Shown: positions 40,157 to 53,082, counted from the first letter of the whole stretch. The stretch is DNA of 63,906 bases, filler included, from Xylographa opegraphella (GCA_022813865.1; 4 parts of 4 records of this genome joined end to end with filler, not necessarily neighbours in it); one strand, 5' to 3'. Translations and numbers: made by a program. Notes: generated by a model from the sequence alone, not told the origin.

Positions 40157-40882
40157 ATGCCGGAAAACTCCCATGAACATCACTCAAACGTCTCGGCGGA
40201 TCTCATCTGGGAGATTGCTCGTAAGAGGACTGATAGCAATGCAGAACATCGACTGACCCTCCGCAGGTTCTAACAATGCCTTTTTAGTAAAGCGGCGAAG
40301 CGGCGGAGGCGTCCAATTCTCTCGGGATTCTTTCAACCTAGTCAACACGCACTCGCGAAAGGTGAAGTACCGAGTCTCAGACATTGTGACTACACCTGGT
40401 GCTGACATATTCCAGCATGCCGGCTTTGTCAATGACAAGGTAAGCCAGGCACCCGAAATACGACTTTGACGTCTGGGAGATTCACACTAGTACTACTGTC
40501 GATGACTGACTTGGGACTTGGTAAAAGGCAGTCGGAATACTTCCGGGCGCAAAGGGTGGTTTGACCCTAACAACCAAAAAGACAAAACATTTGAATCGGC
40601 CTATCGCAAACGTCAACGAAGTGAAGTTTGGAGCCGATAAGTCTGGACCGAAGTGGGTTGTTCAGTCCTGAGTGCAATTCTTTCTGACCACTCATATGCT
40701 TTATCACCAGGGTCTACAAGAACATCGTCAATGTTACAGCAAAGCAAGGCTATCGACCCGATCTTCGCCGAGATGCCGTGGCCCGAGCGAGCGCAATCAG
40801 AATGTCTTCCCGAACTATAAAAGAGACTCCTGAAAAGAAAGTTCGCGGAAGAAAGGCAAAACAGGCAGCGGCGACGGAGTAG
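40157..40882 (+). CDS. RPL28: 60S ribosomal protein eL28 (L28e); exons 40157-40220, 40267-40361, 40416-40439, 40528-40652, 40711-40882; missed by the ORF track
   Basis: Spliced product SADLIWEIARSNNAFLVKR...FSRDSFNLVNTHSRKHAGFVNDKAVGI...GYRPDLRRDAVARASAI. Confidence 0.93.
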
Positions 40883-41442
40883 GGTATTCTTTATGACATT
40901 AAAACGGCATTCACGAAGAAGTGCGAATTCGAATCCGATTCGCAAGCTGTCTGACAGCTCTTTGCAAGCATCTGGTTACTATCGGTATATAGGTGGTGAT
41001 CATTTCCAGTGTAATGATATCAACCGTGAAAGAATGGTCATTTGATTCCACCTTGGATTCCAACAGAATAATAATGTGGTTTTGCTTGTGGCCAGCCAAG
41101 CACACAATGCGGTTTCAATTATACGTAGTTCCTGGAAATTTGAGGGATGTAAACAAATCTTCTTGTCGACTGGATTTTGCTTGTTTCGAACCATATGGAG
41201 GAAGAAAGCGCAGGTACATAGTCGCTATCTTGACTCCGATACCCCGTACTTCGCCTGCCTCCCTGCTTACCCCGCCGTTTTGCTAGTGGGGCTCACCCGA
41301 AGCCCGACCTGAAACGCCGACAAGCATTTGTTCCCTCTCAACTCCAAACCCTCTCCTGCTGTTCCACTAATCCACGCTGACCTGGGTTTAAGACAGCCGA
41401 GAGATTATCAGCCCTTGCAGCCATTGTATATCAATCATCACG

Positions 41443-42815
41443 ATGGTTAAAGCCGGTGAGGAAAGTCTATGGAAATCACGCATCAAACATCAAGCTGATG
41501 CTTAGCAGTCGTACTCGGTGCATCCGGTGGGATTGGTCAGGTCATTCACAATATCATTCTCTAATTGATGTTTACGAACTAACGAACTCTCCTTAGCCAC
41601 TCTCACTCTTGTTGAAGGCTTGTCCATTGGTGGACGAGCTAGCGCTTTACGACGTTGTCAATACCCCTGGTGTTGCCACGGATCTTTCCCACATCTCATC
41701 AATAGCTGTAAGTAGCGACAGGTCAATGTTCAGAAATTCTGCTGAGAAGTCACAGAAAATTAAGGGATATCTGCCAAAGGACGATGGATTAAAGCATGCT
41801 TTGACCGGAGCCGACGTTGTTGTAATCCCCGCTGGCATACCTCGTACGATCCACATTGAGCCATCATCTCAAGTCGAAGTCTAATGAAGCGAAGGCAAGC
41901 CGGGCATGACCCGCGATGATCTTTTCAAGATCAATGCAGGTATAGTGAAGACCTTGGTTGAAGGCATTGCCCAGTTCTGTCCCAAGGCATTTATCTTGGT
42001 GATTTCCAACCCGGTAAACTCAACAGTCCCTATCGCTGCGGAAGTCATGAAGAAAGCAGACGTTTTCGACCCAAAGCGTCTGTTCGGAGTCACAACACTG
42101 GATGTCGTCCGTGCCGAGACATTTGTTCAGGACATCACCGGCCAGAGAGACCCTTCCAAAACAGTCATCCCTGTTATCGGTGGTCACTCTGGAGAAACAA
42201 TTGTGCCTCTTTTCAGCCAGGCAAAACCAAAAGTCAGTATTCCGGAAGACAAACTTGGCGCTTTGGTGAACCGTGGGTCTTCCCGGTCTTACGATTTCCT
42301 GACTGTAAATTGAAAACGAGCTAATTCTTCGATACAGGAGTTCAGTTTGGAGGTGATGAAGTCGTTAAGGCTAAAGATGGCGCCGGTTCAGCAACCCTCT
42401 CAATGGCCTATGCGGGTTTCCGGTAGGTCACCTTAACTTTAGTTTCACAAGATGTAACATATACTGAAGGTCTCAATTCCAGTTTTGCCGAGAAAATCAT
42501 TAAAGCCGTCAAGGGTGAGAAAGGCATTGTTGAGCCAACCTTCGTCTACTTGCACGGTGTATCAGGAGGCGATGCCATCGCGAAAGAGACAGGGGTTGAC
42601 TACTTTTCAATTCCAGTAGAACTTGGGGTACATATCTTGACCTGTCCATTGATGTTAATGCTGACAAGTCACAGCCATCTGGAGCCGAGGCCGCCCAGAA
42701 TCCATTGCCATTCATCAACGCATACGAGAAGAAGTTGCTGCAGGCTTGCACAGAAGGGCTCAAGGGAAACATTATGAAGGGAGTCGAATTCGTGCACAGT
42801 CCGCCGTCAAAGTGA
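41443..42815 (+). CDS. MDH: NAD-dependent malate dehydrogenase without presequence (cytosolic type), multi-exon
   Basis: [70 protein letters not shown]. Confidence 0.95.
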
Positions 42816-43173
42816 TTTACCCATCTGACGCACAACTATCTGTCTCGGCTCCCCTTACAGTCACAGCAATTACCCCCTGTCTTTTCCCTAAAATGATGTA
42901 TTCTTCGAAAAGCGATAGAAGTGAATAATGGCTTGTTGGCAACCCGGCTGATTGGTCGTGTTTCTCCAGCAGGCTTTGAGTGGGTGCCAGAGCGATAAAA
43001 CAGATACTACAGGCACCCAGCAGCTGATGAACTACCCCTGGCTAGCAGCACCACACATTTGATAGATGTTCTCGAGACAACCTATTCATGTAGTGCAGTC
43101 GTATCCTATAACAGCTGGTTCATGTAGTGTGCAAGTCGTAACTCAGCATAAGCCCCAAACCGGTAAATCGTAA

Positions 43174-43977
43174 CTATGGCTTGCTGGTAATAGTCTTAAT
43201 TTGAAAGGTCGCTCCTGGTAGCTCTGATGTTTCAGCCTGTACTGTAGCGTTGATGCTCATACTAGCCAATGCACCTCGTAAAACACCGCATGGAAACCAG
43301 AGGAACTGTCAGTTTGTCAGTGGAGCCATCGCTATGGTATTCGACATTCTTGCCGGTTGTGCTCGGGCGACGGCCTCCGATGATGATTGCATGCTCATGC
43401 GAGAAAAGGGTTTAAAGCTGTTGTCCGTAAGAACATAGACCCCCTACAAAAGTATGCTGTCAGTATCCCTCCGCAATTTGTACACTCACTGATAGATCAC
43501 TGCCATACCCGATGGTTCGTTTTCAGGTTGTCGATCTGCTTCCGGAACAGCAGCGTCCACATATCCTTGCACAGAAACTTGATCACGTCAAGCGTATCCA
43601 CGAATCGCGGCCTGTCGCGCGAGAATCTAGATGGACAATAACAGCAGCATCAGTGTATGGTTCCTTGCTTGTAAAAGCATACATCGAAGCTGATGAAGAA
43701 TCCTATCTCGTCTTAGTATCGTCGCAGAGACCCACCTCTCGACCAAACCCTGCCCGACCCTGTATCCTAATGTCTCCAGTCGTCGAAAAGCCGCTTCTCT
43801 TTGCTCTTCTTCATCAATTACGCCTTTGCTATCTCCATCACGGACTGATAACTCGCTAGCCACTCGGTGGGCCAGGGGCACCATTTCGATCTGGAGAAGA
43901 TCGAAGCATGATGAGCTCAAGAAGGTTGCATGAGGGTCCGAGGCGTTATATGGTGGGAATGGGGTCTCGAAAGACAT
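43174..43977 (-). CDS. TRS33: TRAPP complex subunit Trs33/TRAPPC6, multi-exon
   Basis: [50 protein letters not shown]. Confidence 0.9.
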
Positions 43978-44396
43978 GAAAAGGCTGGCGCTATCACCTT
44001 AGATTCTGCCAAAAGTTTCACAACTTCTACTTAGTCATCGTGATGATATGGAAGAATTTGGAAGTGGTAAAAAGATTTACAAAGCCCGTCAAACTTTCCA
44101 ACTGAGTCTAAGATTGATACAGCAGGTTCGATGATGTTCACACTTATCGTAAATGATCTAACTACGCAAATTGCTCACCGGCCTGTACATTCGGGATATC
44201 ACTCTTTACCTACCCGACGCCTTCCCCGTCACCCTTGGGCGTCTTGTTCCCCAGACTCTGAGCTGTCGCTCTATCAAAAGCTATGTAAACCTATTGCGCC
44301 CACCCCATAAAGCCGAAGCATTGAGCTCGAAAAACGTTGCATACCGTAAAGCTACGTAGAGACGGCGGTAAGCCATGAAACGCAGGGCGTATCGAT

Positions 44397-46507
44397 CTAC
44401 AGATCTCCAAATCCGCAATCTAGTGGCTCAGGAGGCTTTGCTAACTCCAGTCGAGGAAGACTGATATTGAAACCATTTGGCCGAGGTAGCGAACGTGCCA
44501 TTGTTGCCCTGGAGGATGTTTGAGAACTTGAGAGCCCATTTGAGGTGGACTGTCTTTTGGGGCCTCTAGGTGGCTGTTCTTCCTCGTCGCTAGAGAACGT
44601 GAGGTCTATAACCTGACCGATAGACCGTTTCCCACTGGAGGAGCGTGGTGCAGCCAAAGAGAGTGATTGCTCACGGGAAGAATAGGGGGGGGTTTTGCCC
44701 ATCGATGATGGTGTTAGCAAAGCCTCATCCTTAAGTGCTGCGAGCCTTGGTTCTTGAATCTCGATAATATCATCATCTTCCTCACTGGTTGAACGGGTCT
44801 TATTTGGCCCATTTAGAATGTCTTTCTGTGCTACTGCAGACCATCTCCCATCCGTCTCGACGATTACTTGATCGGCGTATCGTGGCGTAGATATCAGTAT
44901 CTCGTTGACATATCTAATATCAGATTAGTTAGTACGTCCATAAGAACCGAGTAGGAAAATGCAGCATTACTGGTCCACTTGGAGAGCTTGAAAAGAGACT
45001 ACTTTATTACACACAGGGCAAGTCCACGTTGGAGCTTGCTCTTGCAACTGCAGGAATGATAGAGCATCAAAGCATTGGTTGTGAGTGCAGATAGTTGATC
45101 GACAAGGAGTATCGATACGCAACGTAGATAGAGGGCATTTCAATGACATTATGGACGAAGTAGTGACGATGTCACCGTCTTGCGACCTTGTGATCACTGG
45201 AAAAATTTTGTCAGTGTCTATCGTAAGTTGCTAAGTGTAGGCAGTGATATACTTTCGCGGATGACTTGATCTTTTGAAATAGATCTACCTGCCTTGAGCT
45301 TGGCGACTAGGGCCTCAGCTGTGTGCTGCTTCACGAGATTTACGATAATGTAAAACTTCTGATGCGGAACTCAATAGTAAGTATTCTCGAAATGAAAAGA
45401 CACCAAAGTGGTTGAAGGGGAGTGACACAAACCTTGTTTGTAAGTGCGTAGGTAACATTTAGGGTATTGTCATAACCGGGTCGCTTCCTAAGCAGAGGTG
45501 TAATGTCCGCAGGCCTTGTCGAGCCAGGTTTGCCCTTCAGTCCGCGTAGATTCGCTTTAACTTCATCTAGATTGACACGAATCTCGATCTGATGAGGAAA
45601 AGTTATATCGACCTGACTAAAGGGCGATATAGGCTCCGATGCACAGTAGATCATGACCTTTAGGGTTGGATCTGCGCCGAGCCTATCAACCACATCTTGC
45701 CGGAGATTTATTTTCGCCTCCAACTGGTCTCTGGTCGCTTCCCGCACTGGAGTGGATTGGTTAACTGCTGTATCCAATTTTCCATGAGTACAAGAAGCAT
45801 ACGAAAGGCCATGACAAGGCCATAAAAGAAGAATACCTTTACATTCCAAAATCGATGTTAAGGACTCCGTTATCGAATAGAAAGGCGATTCTCGGAAGTT
45901 GGGTTTGACTGTACGTGAGGTTAGAGAGAATCCTCGACAATATTCCAGGAAGGCACGTGTGTACGCTGAGCGTGTGAAGTCGGTGGCATTCCCGTCCCAA
46001 AGGGATGCGTCGGTCTTGTAGAGGGTGTGAGTATATTACTTGTAGGCGGTGTTGCAGATGAGGTTGAATGAGTGTAATGTCCAGACGAAGATCGGTTAAT
46101 GTCATAAACACGATCCTTCAAGTGATTGAAGTCGACAATATTTCCACTTCGTGCATGGTGATTGATAACTTTCGGCAAAGATTGAGCCATTAGCAACGAG
46201 ATACTGCGATAGAAGCAAGATGCATTTAATGAATGTTTGGTAGACACTTATGAAGGGTATCTAGTCGTATACAACAATAAGTGTGAGGCATGATAAGGCG
46301 TATGAGTTGCCAAATAGCCCTATGGAAGAAGTAAGGACGATAGAGAACCGTACGATTGATGATGCGCTCTTGCATTACAGCCTTCGCTCCTGATACTGGG
46401 AGGGACTCCAATCTCAATATCCCCTTCAGTTGGGTGTTGATGAGAGTCTTGGTCTTGGCTATTACAGCTTGGATACTCTGGGGATCGATGGGGTGGGGTG
46501 GAGCCAT
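44397..46507 (-). CDS. SIZ1: SUMO E3 ligase Siz/PIAS (SAP-like, PINIT, SP-RING), multi-exon
   Basis: LRGLKGKPGSTRPADIT; SLKCPLSTLRIDTPCRSTICTHNQCFDA...WTCPVC; SIM-like VIDLT. Confidence 0.9.
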
Positions 46508-46944
46508 TTCCGACAACGTTCAGTTGTGTAGAAAGAGCCAGGCCGCTAGAGGCCTGCAAGTGGTAGTATGCGCCCCAGCTTCTAGATGCATGAAGAGTTC
46601 AGAACAGTGAGGTAGGTAGGTATTGCAACACTGAAAAGTGCAGAAGGCTGACGCGAAGTCTAGCTTTCAGTACTCGGAATATTCTAAATTATGTTACAAA
46701 CCGGTCCGATGCGGAGAGCTAAAAAAAACTTTATTTTTGCACTCCATCAAGTTTCAACTGAGATAAACCGGTCCTTCTTGTCAGAATCGATCATAGAGCC
46801 AGTGATACCTTGCTTTTTACTGACTATTCGAAACTCTTTGAGTTGCAAGCGCAACACATTTGGAAATTCTTCCACCAATACCGCGAATTCGGCTCTCACA
46901 TTTTATTTCTGAGACGTGACTATCTCTCTCTCGTGCGACAGGAA

Positions 46945-47460
46945 ATGGCTAAGGGTCTACGTGCGAGTACCAAGAAGGCCAATATGGTCAAGCTAAGGGC
47001 CAGAGTGTTCGGGCCGGCTGAAGATGCTAGAACACAAAGACTCTCCGCCAAACTTTTGGAGCTCGCTTCCAAACCGAAGGTAGAAGATGACAGGATGGAA
47101 GATGTAGGTAAGGACCAGACATGCTGACCTTCCAACATTCATGCTGGTCGCTGATACGTCCTAGCAACCGTGGAGCTGAAGCAGCAAGAGAAGGAAGAAG
47201 ATAAAGAGGCGGAGTCGGATCCATTAGCCGAGCAACCAGAAGAAGGTGAGTTAGTTGAGTCTGGTTGCCGACCTCATATCTTGCATCTACCATTTGCAGG
47301 CATTAATATTCCTGGTACTGACCCCGCCACAGCCAGAAAGCGACATACACCGAGATTACATAAATTGACGAGACGACGTGGAAAAGCGAGCTCTTCGGTG
47401 GCGTTTCCTGTTTACGTGAAAGGCAGGCAAGTCAGGACACGAAGGAAGTCGAGGCAATGA
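46945..47460 (+). CDS. DUF2423-family small basic protein; exons 46945-47107, 47165-47245, 47300-47460
   Basis: MAKGLRAS...LRARVFGPAEDARTQRLSAKL; in-phase GT-AG introns. Confidence 0.8.
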
Positions 47461-47893
47461 AAATCATTACATCCGTGCGAGGCTGGCCAGATGTCTCTCC
47501 AGGGGACGTGTACGTTGGTGTAGGCTGGAAACTGTTTCGTGATCGACACCATGGTCTGCATGTTAACTCAAGATTCATGTGTCGTTGCAATTTCCCACCT
47601 ATTATCGCCACAGTTACTCTTGTGGCATGTTCATACGGTGCCGTAAATTCACCAACTCGCCTAGGGAGAGTTTACAGTTTATAATTTATATAATAGGCGA
47701 CTTCGCGTTTGGCACAGGCCTTGGCCTTTGCGTATCGCCTTCGCTTACTATTGCTTGGCGCGCTAGCGCTTTTTTATACAGCTTAACGAGGCTTTTGAGC
47801 CGGTTTTAATAAAGGATTTTTCATATTTCGTATTTTGAATTGCTATCGATATTATATTAATATTGATTATATTTTTATATATTTTTACGAGTT

Positions 47894-48099
47894 TATCACG
47901 TTGCAATGTGGGCCTTTTGTGTGAATGAAGAAGATGATGAATATTTATGGAATGGGGCCTCGTTACATAGGGGCCCGTCTACGCTAATTCTGCAGAAGCA
48001 GGCGGGGTAGAAGCTCTGCAGGGTGGGGGCCTCTCTCAGCAAGGAAGCCACGCACAGGGTGCGCCCCAGCAAGGAAGCCACGTCTTGCGAACCGTATCA
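47894..48099. mobile_element. Solo-LTR-like family I (206 bp; single copy in window)
   Basis: GC-rich insert in AT DNA, ends tatcacg...cgtatca, GAGTT target-site duplication at 47889-47893 and 48100-48104, internal 16-bp direct repeat cagcaaggaagccacg. Confidence 0.75.
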
Positions 48100-48147
48100 G
48101 AGTTATTTTAAAATATAAATTGCTTTATTGAAATGGGAGCTTATAAG

Positions 48148-48400
48148 CTCGAGTCCTCGAGAAATACTCTCGAAAAAAGCCATCGAGGCGAGTATAATTA
48201 TTTTAAAATAGAAGTTTCTGAAAAATGAATAAAAACTCTGCGGATTTTCTTTATTTTCTTTTTTATTTTCTTTCGAATATTCTCGTTATAATTAAAATAA
48301 AATATTTTTAGAGCAAAACTTTAAATATTTTTTAATAAATTAAATTTTGTATTTTTAATATTAAATAAATTATAAATTTAATTGCGTTTTAATTACGTTA
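48148..48400. repeat. Repeat family H, third copy
   Basis: Colinear with 11650-12060 and with the reverse complement of 13640-13872. Confidence 0.6.
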
Positions 48401-48850
48401 AAAAATAAAATTATTATTATATTATTATATTTTGCGAGGTTTCATTTTTTTAATATTGTAATATCGTTTTTATTTAAATTTAAATATTAACTACAGGGTT
48501 TTAACAATCATGTTAAATAATTATCAAAATCGATATTTATTTATTATTGCAGCGTAATTACTTTAAAGATAAATTTTTTTAAATCGAACTTCAAGCGTTA
48601 TAAAATAAATAATTTGCTTTGATATATATTTTATTATTTTGGGAAATTTAGCTTTCGCGCGACCTTGATTTTTCACAACGTTATATATTTAACGAGAAAT
48701 TCCCTCGCGCTGAGTCACTTGATTACGTAATATTTTGATATGAACGCAAGAAATTTTATTATTATTTTCATTATTTAAAAAATTCGATATAAATAAAATA
48801 TTACAAACGAAGATTAATATATCTATAAATATTGTTGAAAATAACATTGT

Positions 48851-48910
48851 TGTTACGATCCTGCCTCTCACTAGTATAGTTCGATTAGGGATCTGGGTTG
48901 GATTCGTCAA
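48851..48910. mobile_element. Family D LTR end at a contig edge
   Basis: tgttacgatcctgcc...; reverse complement of 33484-33543. Confidence 0.8.
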
Positions 48911-49010
48911 NNNNNNNNNNNNNNNNNNNNNNNNNNNNNNNNNNNNNNNNNNNNTTAATTAATTAANNNNNNNNNNNNNNNNNNNNNNNNNNNNNNNNNN
49001 NNNNNNNNNN
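48911..49010. other. Assembly gap with TTAATTAATTAA linker
   Basis: Linker at 48955-48966. Confidence 0.9.
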
Positions 49011-49072
49011 AATCGTCCACCTAAAGCTTACGTTCTAGGCGTGCTTGTGTGGTGAGTTGATGAGCCGTAACA
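49011..49072 (-). mobile_element. Family A LTR end at a contig edge
   Basis: Matches 29918-29979. Confidence 0.85.
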
Positions 49073-49338
49073 TAGGGAGAGGTCCCCTTACGCTGGATCA
49101 CCTTGTTGAACCGCAACCCGGCTGGCACTAGGTATGTGGATGGATTGCTTTGATATTAAAGCTTATGCAATCCATACCGTTGAACATTCTTATAATGAAT
49201 TACAAGTGTTCCCAATCAGGAGCTGTCCCGATTATCACATTCCGGTTCCGCATTCTGGCTTTGTAGAGTCGTTCTGCGTAGTGCTGTCGATATGACTTAT
49301 GTATGTTAAAAACTGGACATGTCTGTTAATTGGAAGAT

Positions 49339-51297
49339 ATGCAAGAAATGCAGGCCTACACTGGGGAATTCGTCGAGCCATCCGTTTACAGCAACCTCCT
49401 CGAGGACGAAACATTCCGTCTACTCCGCTTGACAAATGGTATATGCACAGACGAGCTTCAAGGCCAACTTATGATTCATCGACTATCCGATGCACCTCCA
49501 TACGAAGCTTTGAGTTATGTATGGGGCGATGCCACTATCAACGGGCATATCAAATGCGCGGGCAAAGTTCTCCCTATTACTCCAAACCTGACAGCGGCAT
49601 TATACCGGCTCCGTTCGACCTCCGCGGATCGTCTGTTGTGGGTTGACCAGCTGTGTATCAATCAGGACGATCTTCAGGAGCGAAGCAAGCAGGTCAGTAT
49701 GATGAGATCGATTTACAAGACTGCAGAAAGAGTGTTGGTGTGGCTGGGCCCAGATCACGAGAAACAAGCCGAGCATGCCAAGAGTCTAGTTATGGCAATT
49801 GTTCAGCTTGTGTCTGTAGCTGGAGAAGACGAGATGGTAGAAGAGATGATGCATTTCCCTGCAGACAAGGCGTTGATAGAGCACGGACTGCCGCCCAGAG
49901 ATCATCCACAGTGGGACGCTTTAGTCCATTTAACTGGGTTGCCGTACTTCACGAGGGTATGGGTAATCCAGGAAGTAAGTGTGGCATCGAAGGTATTGAT
50001 GATCTGGGGAGAGACGGAGTTCGATATGCTCGACTTCAGATCAGCAATCTCCTGGGCGTCACGTAACAACTGCGCCTTCTCCACAGATGTCGAGCCTGCC
50101 AAAGATTCCAAGCCTGGAATAGATGCAGCTCCTTTCATGGTCGTTAATCGCCTTTCAGGTACATTACTACAGCTACTTGCCAGAACAGAAGCTTGCCGGG
50201 CATCTGATCCGAGAGATAAAGTATACGCACTTCTCGGTCTGGTGGACAATCACCACGATAGATTTAAACCATTGCTCAAAGCTGACTATACACTCCCGTT
50301 AGTCAGAGTGTACTGTGATACAACACGGTACGTGATCTCGCTTACACAGTCTTTGGAAGTGCTATGTTACAACGTCAATCACAGTAGTCCTGAGAAGAGT
50401 GTTCCGTCATGGATGCCACGGTTCGATTTAGGTATAACAGACCCCTGGAGATTATATGGAGAACATGAAGCTTGCGGAAACACAATTGCACTGATTCGTG
50501 AGACGAATGATGATCAGTTTCTATCGCTCGAAGGTGTTAGAATCGACAAAATTCAATTCGCTGATATCATTTTGGAAGAGGACGAACCTCCAGATACTAC
50601 GAGTAAGGCCTGGGACCTAGCAATGGACAAATTAAGTGGAACAAAAGCCCTTCAATCGTTATTCAAAGACTTCATCTTCGTTGTAACGGGTGGTGCCATG
50701 ATTGACGACATCAGCGCACCGGTCCTGGCTGATGACACGCTTGTGCTCGATTTCCTTTACTACCAGATATCCAGGATATTTCAAACTCTTCAAACAGCGC
50801 CAACGAAGCAGCCAGCCAAGTGCCTGAAAAGTATGCTTGAAATGGCAGAAATAGCTGCATCGTTAATGGATGGTGTATTGGACATACATCCTAAGCACTT
50901 CCCATCCCAGCAGAGTATAGAAACCAAAGACCAGCTTACTCAATACCACCCCAGCGCCCCTCCTTCCGTAATCGAAGAAATTGCTAAGCGCCTCGAGAGC
51001 ATCTGGATGGACAAAGATTGGCGTCGCTTCTCCATCAGCTTTGCAAATGCGGGCGAATTCCGTAGGTTCTTCATTAAAAAGCAGAACTCGATGGGCATCG
51101 GCCCTCAAGCAATGCGATCCGGTGATATCGTCTGTGTACTTTTTGGAGGTCGGACACCGTTCGTACTGCGTCCATACCCAAATTCCGACCGCTATGCCTT
51201 TATTGGAGAATGCTACATTCATGGATGGATGCATGGAGAGGCAATCGAGAAATGGCGGCAGGGCATACTAAGGAGCGAGTGTTTTACGCTTGATTGA
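49339..51297 (+). CDS. Heterokaryon-incompatibility (HET) domain protein, HET-6-like, intronless
   Basis: YEALSYVWG, LWVDQLCINQDD, QVSMMRSIY, VWLG, YFTRVWVIQE, ASDPRDKVYALLGL, GDIVCVLFGGRTPFVLR, GECYIHGWMHGE. Confidence 0.93.
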   Translation: MQEMQAYTGEFVEPSVYSNLLEDETFRLLRLTNGICTDELQGQLMIHRLSDAPPYEALSYVWGDATINGHIKCAGKVLPITPNLTAALYRLRSTSADRLLWVDQLCINQDDLQERSKQVSMMRSIYKTAERVLVWLGPDHEKQAEHAKSLVMAIVQLVSVAGEDEMVEEMMHFPADKALIEHGLPPRDHPQWDALVHLTGLPYFTRVWVIQEVSVASKVLMIWGETEFDMLDFRSAISWASRNNCAFSTDVEPAKDSKPGIDAAPFMVVNRLSGTLLQLLARTEACRASDPRDKVYALLGLVDNHHDRFKPLLKADYTLPLVRVYCDTTRYVISLTQSLEVLCYNVNHSSPEKSVPSWMPRFDLGITDPWRLYGEHEACGNTIALIRETNDDQFLSLEGVRIDKIQFADIILEEDEPPDTTSKAWDLAMDKLSGTKALQSLFKDFIFVVTGGAMIDDISAPVLADDTLVLDFLYYQISRIFQTLQTAPTKQPAKCLKSMLEMAEIAASLMDGVLDIHPKHFPSQQSIETKDQLTQYHPSAPPSVIEEIAKRLESIWMDKDWRRFSISFANAGEFRRFFIKKQNSMGIGPQAMRSGDIVCVLFGGRTPFVLRPYPNSDRYAFIGECYIHGWMHGEAIEKWRQGILRSECFTLD

Positions 51298-51959
51298 ATT
51301 CCGATTGTAGTCTTCAGCTCGAGATTCTTAAACAGCTCGTTACCAGTAATGAGACAATCAAATCTATTGTGGTTTCATTCTGTGAAATCGACAGTGTGTA
51401 GGATGATTTTAATCGTCAACAACGGAAGCATCAGCAGAGGAACTTGTACTATTCGAAAAAAAGACATGGAATAGAAATTTTCGTTAGGAATCATGAACAT
51501 AAGCGCTAACAGTATCCACTGCATGCGCAGACAAGATCAGACAGCAAGGCAACTCAGCTTGCAATCTTGTACAAAAGTAGCGAACATGTGGCAAACACTC
51601 ATACTAATAAATCCTTCAAAGACTTTCAACAGCTACCTTGTACGCTGCCGAGTATCGTAGTAGACATCCTCTAGGCTCTCATGCGCATTGCAAAGAAGTA
51701 CGCACAAGCGTCTTTGGATGGATCAATTGAAAGCCATTTTAGAGGAATATCGCAAGCATTGAATGATGCCTCCTTCAAATGTAATATCTAGGGCTCGAGT
51801 AGAAAAGTTTACAATGTGAAATAGACCTGACTCTGTAGGTATAGTCGTACATTGATTAAATCTCCACGCTAGCGCTTCCCGCGCCTAGGACTGGATAGAA
51901 CTTGAGGTTTCTCGTCTCATCGTCCACACGACCGATTTTCGACTCGTCCAGCTCCCATA

Positions 51960-52712
51960 ATGATAAGCTGCACTCTCAGACGCGGTGCCGTCGACACACA
52001 ATGGCAGGCCCTCGCCCTCCCACCGACATTCCTCCTCCCTCTCCGAGCTCGCATCTCGACAACCCCCAGCTTCATAGAATCCACTCCACCTCAAAACCCA
52101 TTCCTCCCCACGCAGCACGCCTCCAAGCCTCCACAAAGTCCACACGCGATCCAGAAGCCCCAATCCTCGATTCCCCAGAGCGCTACACGAAACAATTCTC
52201 CTACCAGTCCGCCTGAACAGCAACCCACGCCCCCAAGTCCAGCGGCGCCCCTCCCGCTGTCACCCTCGGTGCGGGAGCTCCTCCCCCTCCTCCGCATGCA
52301 GCCATCGCACTTCATCACGGCCCACATCCACGCGCGACCATACCTCCTCACCGCGGGCGACACCCTGCGGCTGCCGTTCCACATGCCAAAGGTTCAGGCC
52401 GGCGACGTGCTCCGCCTGAACCGCGCGTCCAGCATCGGCAGCAGGGACTACACGATGCGCGGAGCGCCGTATCTGGACGAGAGGCTGTTCGAGTGCCGGG
52501 CGACGGTGGTGGGCGTGGAGGCGGAGCCGATGCGCTTCCTGGAGAAGACGAAGCGGCGGAATCGGAAGGTGAAGACCGTGAAGAGCAAGCATCGGTTTAC
52601 GGTGCTGAAAGTGAAGGAACTGAGAGTTAGGAGTGTGGAGGAGCTGGAAGGGGTGGATATGGGGGGCCGCTTCGAGGAAGGGGTTGCAGAACCGGGATTG
52701 GCTGGTGCGTAG
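51960..52712 (+). CDS. MRPL49: Mitochondrial ribosomal protein bL21m
   Basis: HIHARPYLLTAGD, GDVLRLNRASSIGSRDYT, KTKRRNRKVKTVKSKHRFTVL. Confidence 0.85.
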   Translation: MISCTLRRGAVDTQWQALALPPTFLLPLRARISTTPSFIESTPPQNPFLPTQHASKPPQSPHAIQKPQSSIPQSATRNNSPTSPPEQQPTPPSPAAPLPLSPSVRELLPLLRMQPSHFITAHIHARPYLLTAGDTLRLPFHMPKVQAGDVLRLNRASSIGSRDYTMRGAPYLDERLFECRATVVGVEAEPMRFLEKTKRRNRKVKTVKSKHRFTVLKVKELRVRSVEELEGVDMGGRFEEGVAEPGLAGA

Positions 52713-53082
52713 GAGTGCTTAGCATGATGGTATGGCTTAGTATATTTGGTGAAACATATATGGAGAACGGAGCATGTGTCTCCATTCTGAACGTGCTTAT
52801 GTTAATCAGCGGATATCCCAGCCAAGTATCAATAAATTTCTGGGTCAGAAGACTCTTAAGAATGCACTAAAAATCTATACATCCCCAGTCCTTCGTGATA
52901 TGCACGACAAATTATACGGACGACGCTAAACTCACTCGCTGAAGCGCAAGAAGAAGAGAAGGTATGCCAGTCACCGTATCCAATTGCCCAAGGCCGTTCA
53001 TTATCGTTCTACCCAAACACTCCCGATAACCAGCAGCACCGCAACAGATATCTATATACAAACCCCGAACATACTCCTTTGC

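Noticed and set aside
42790..42930. Cryptic peroxisomal PTS1 for MDH (protein ends PPSK)
   Set aside because: The stop context is TGA TTT, not TGA CTA; readthrough ends in SLK and the alternative splices I tried give no SKL-like terminus
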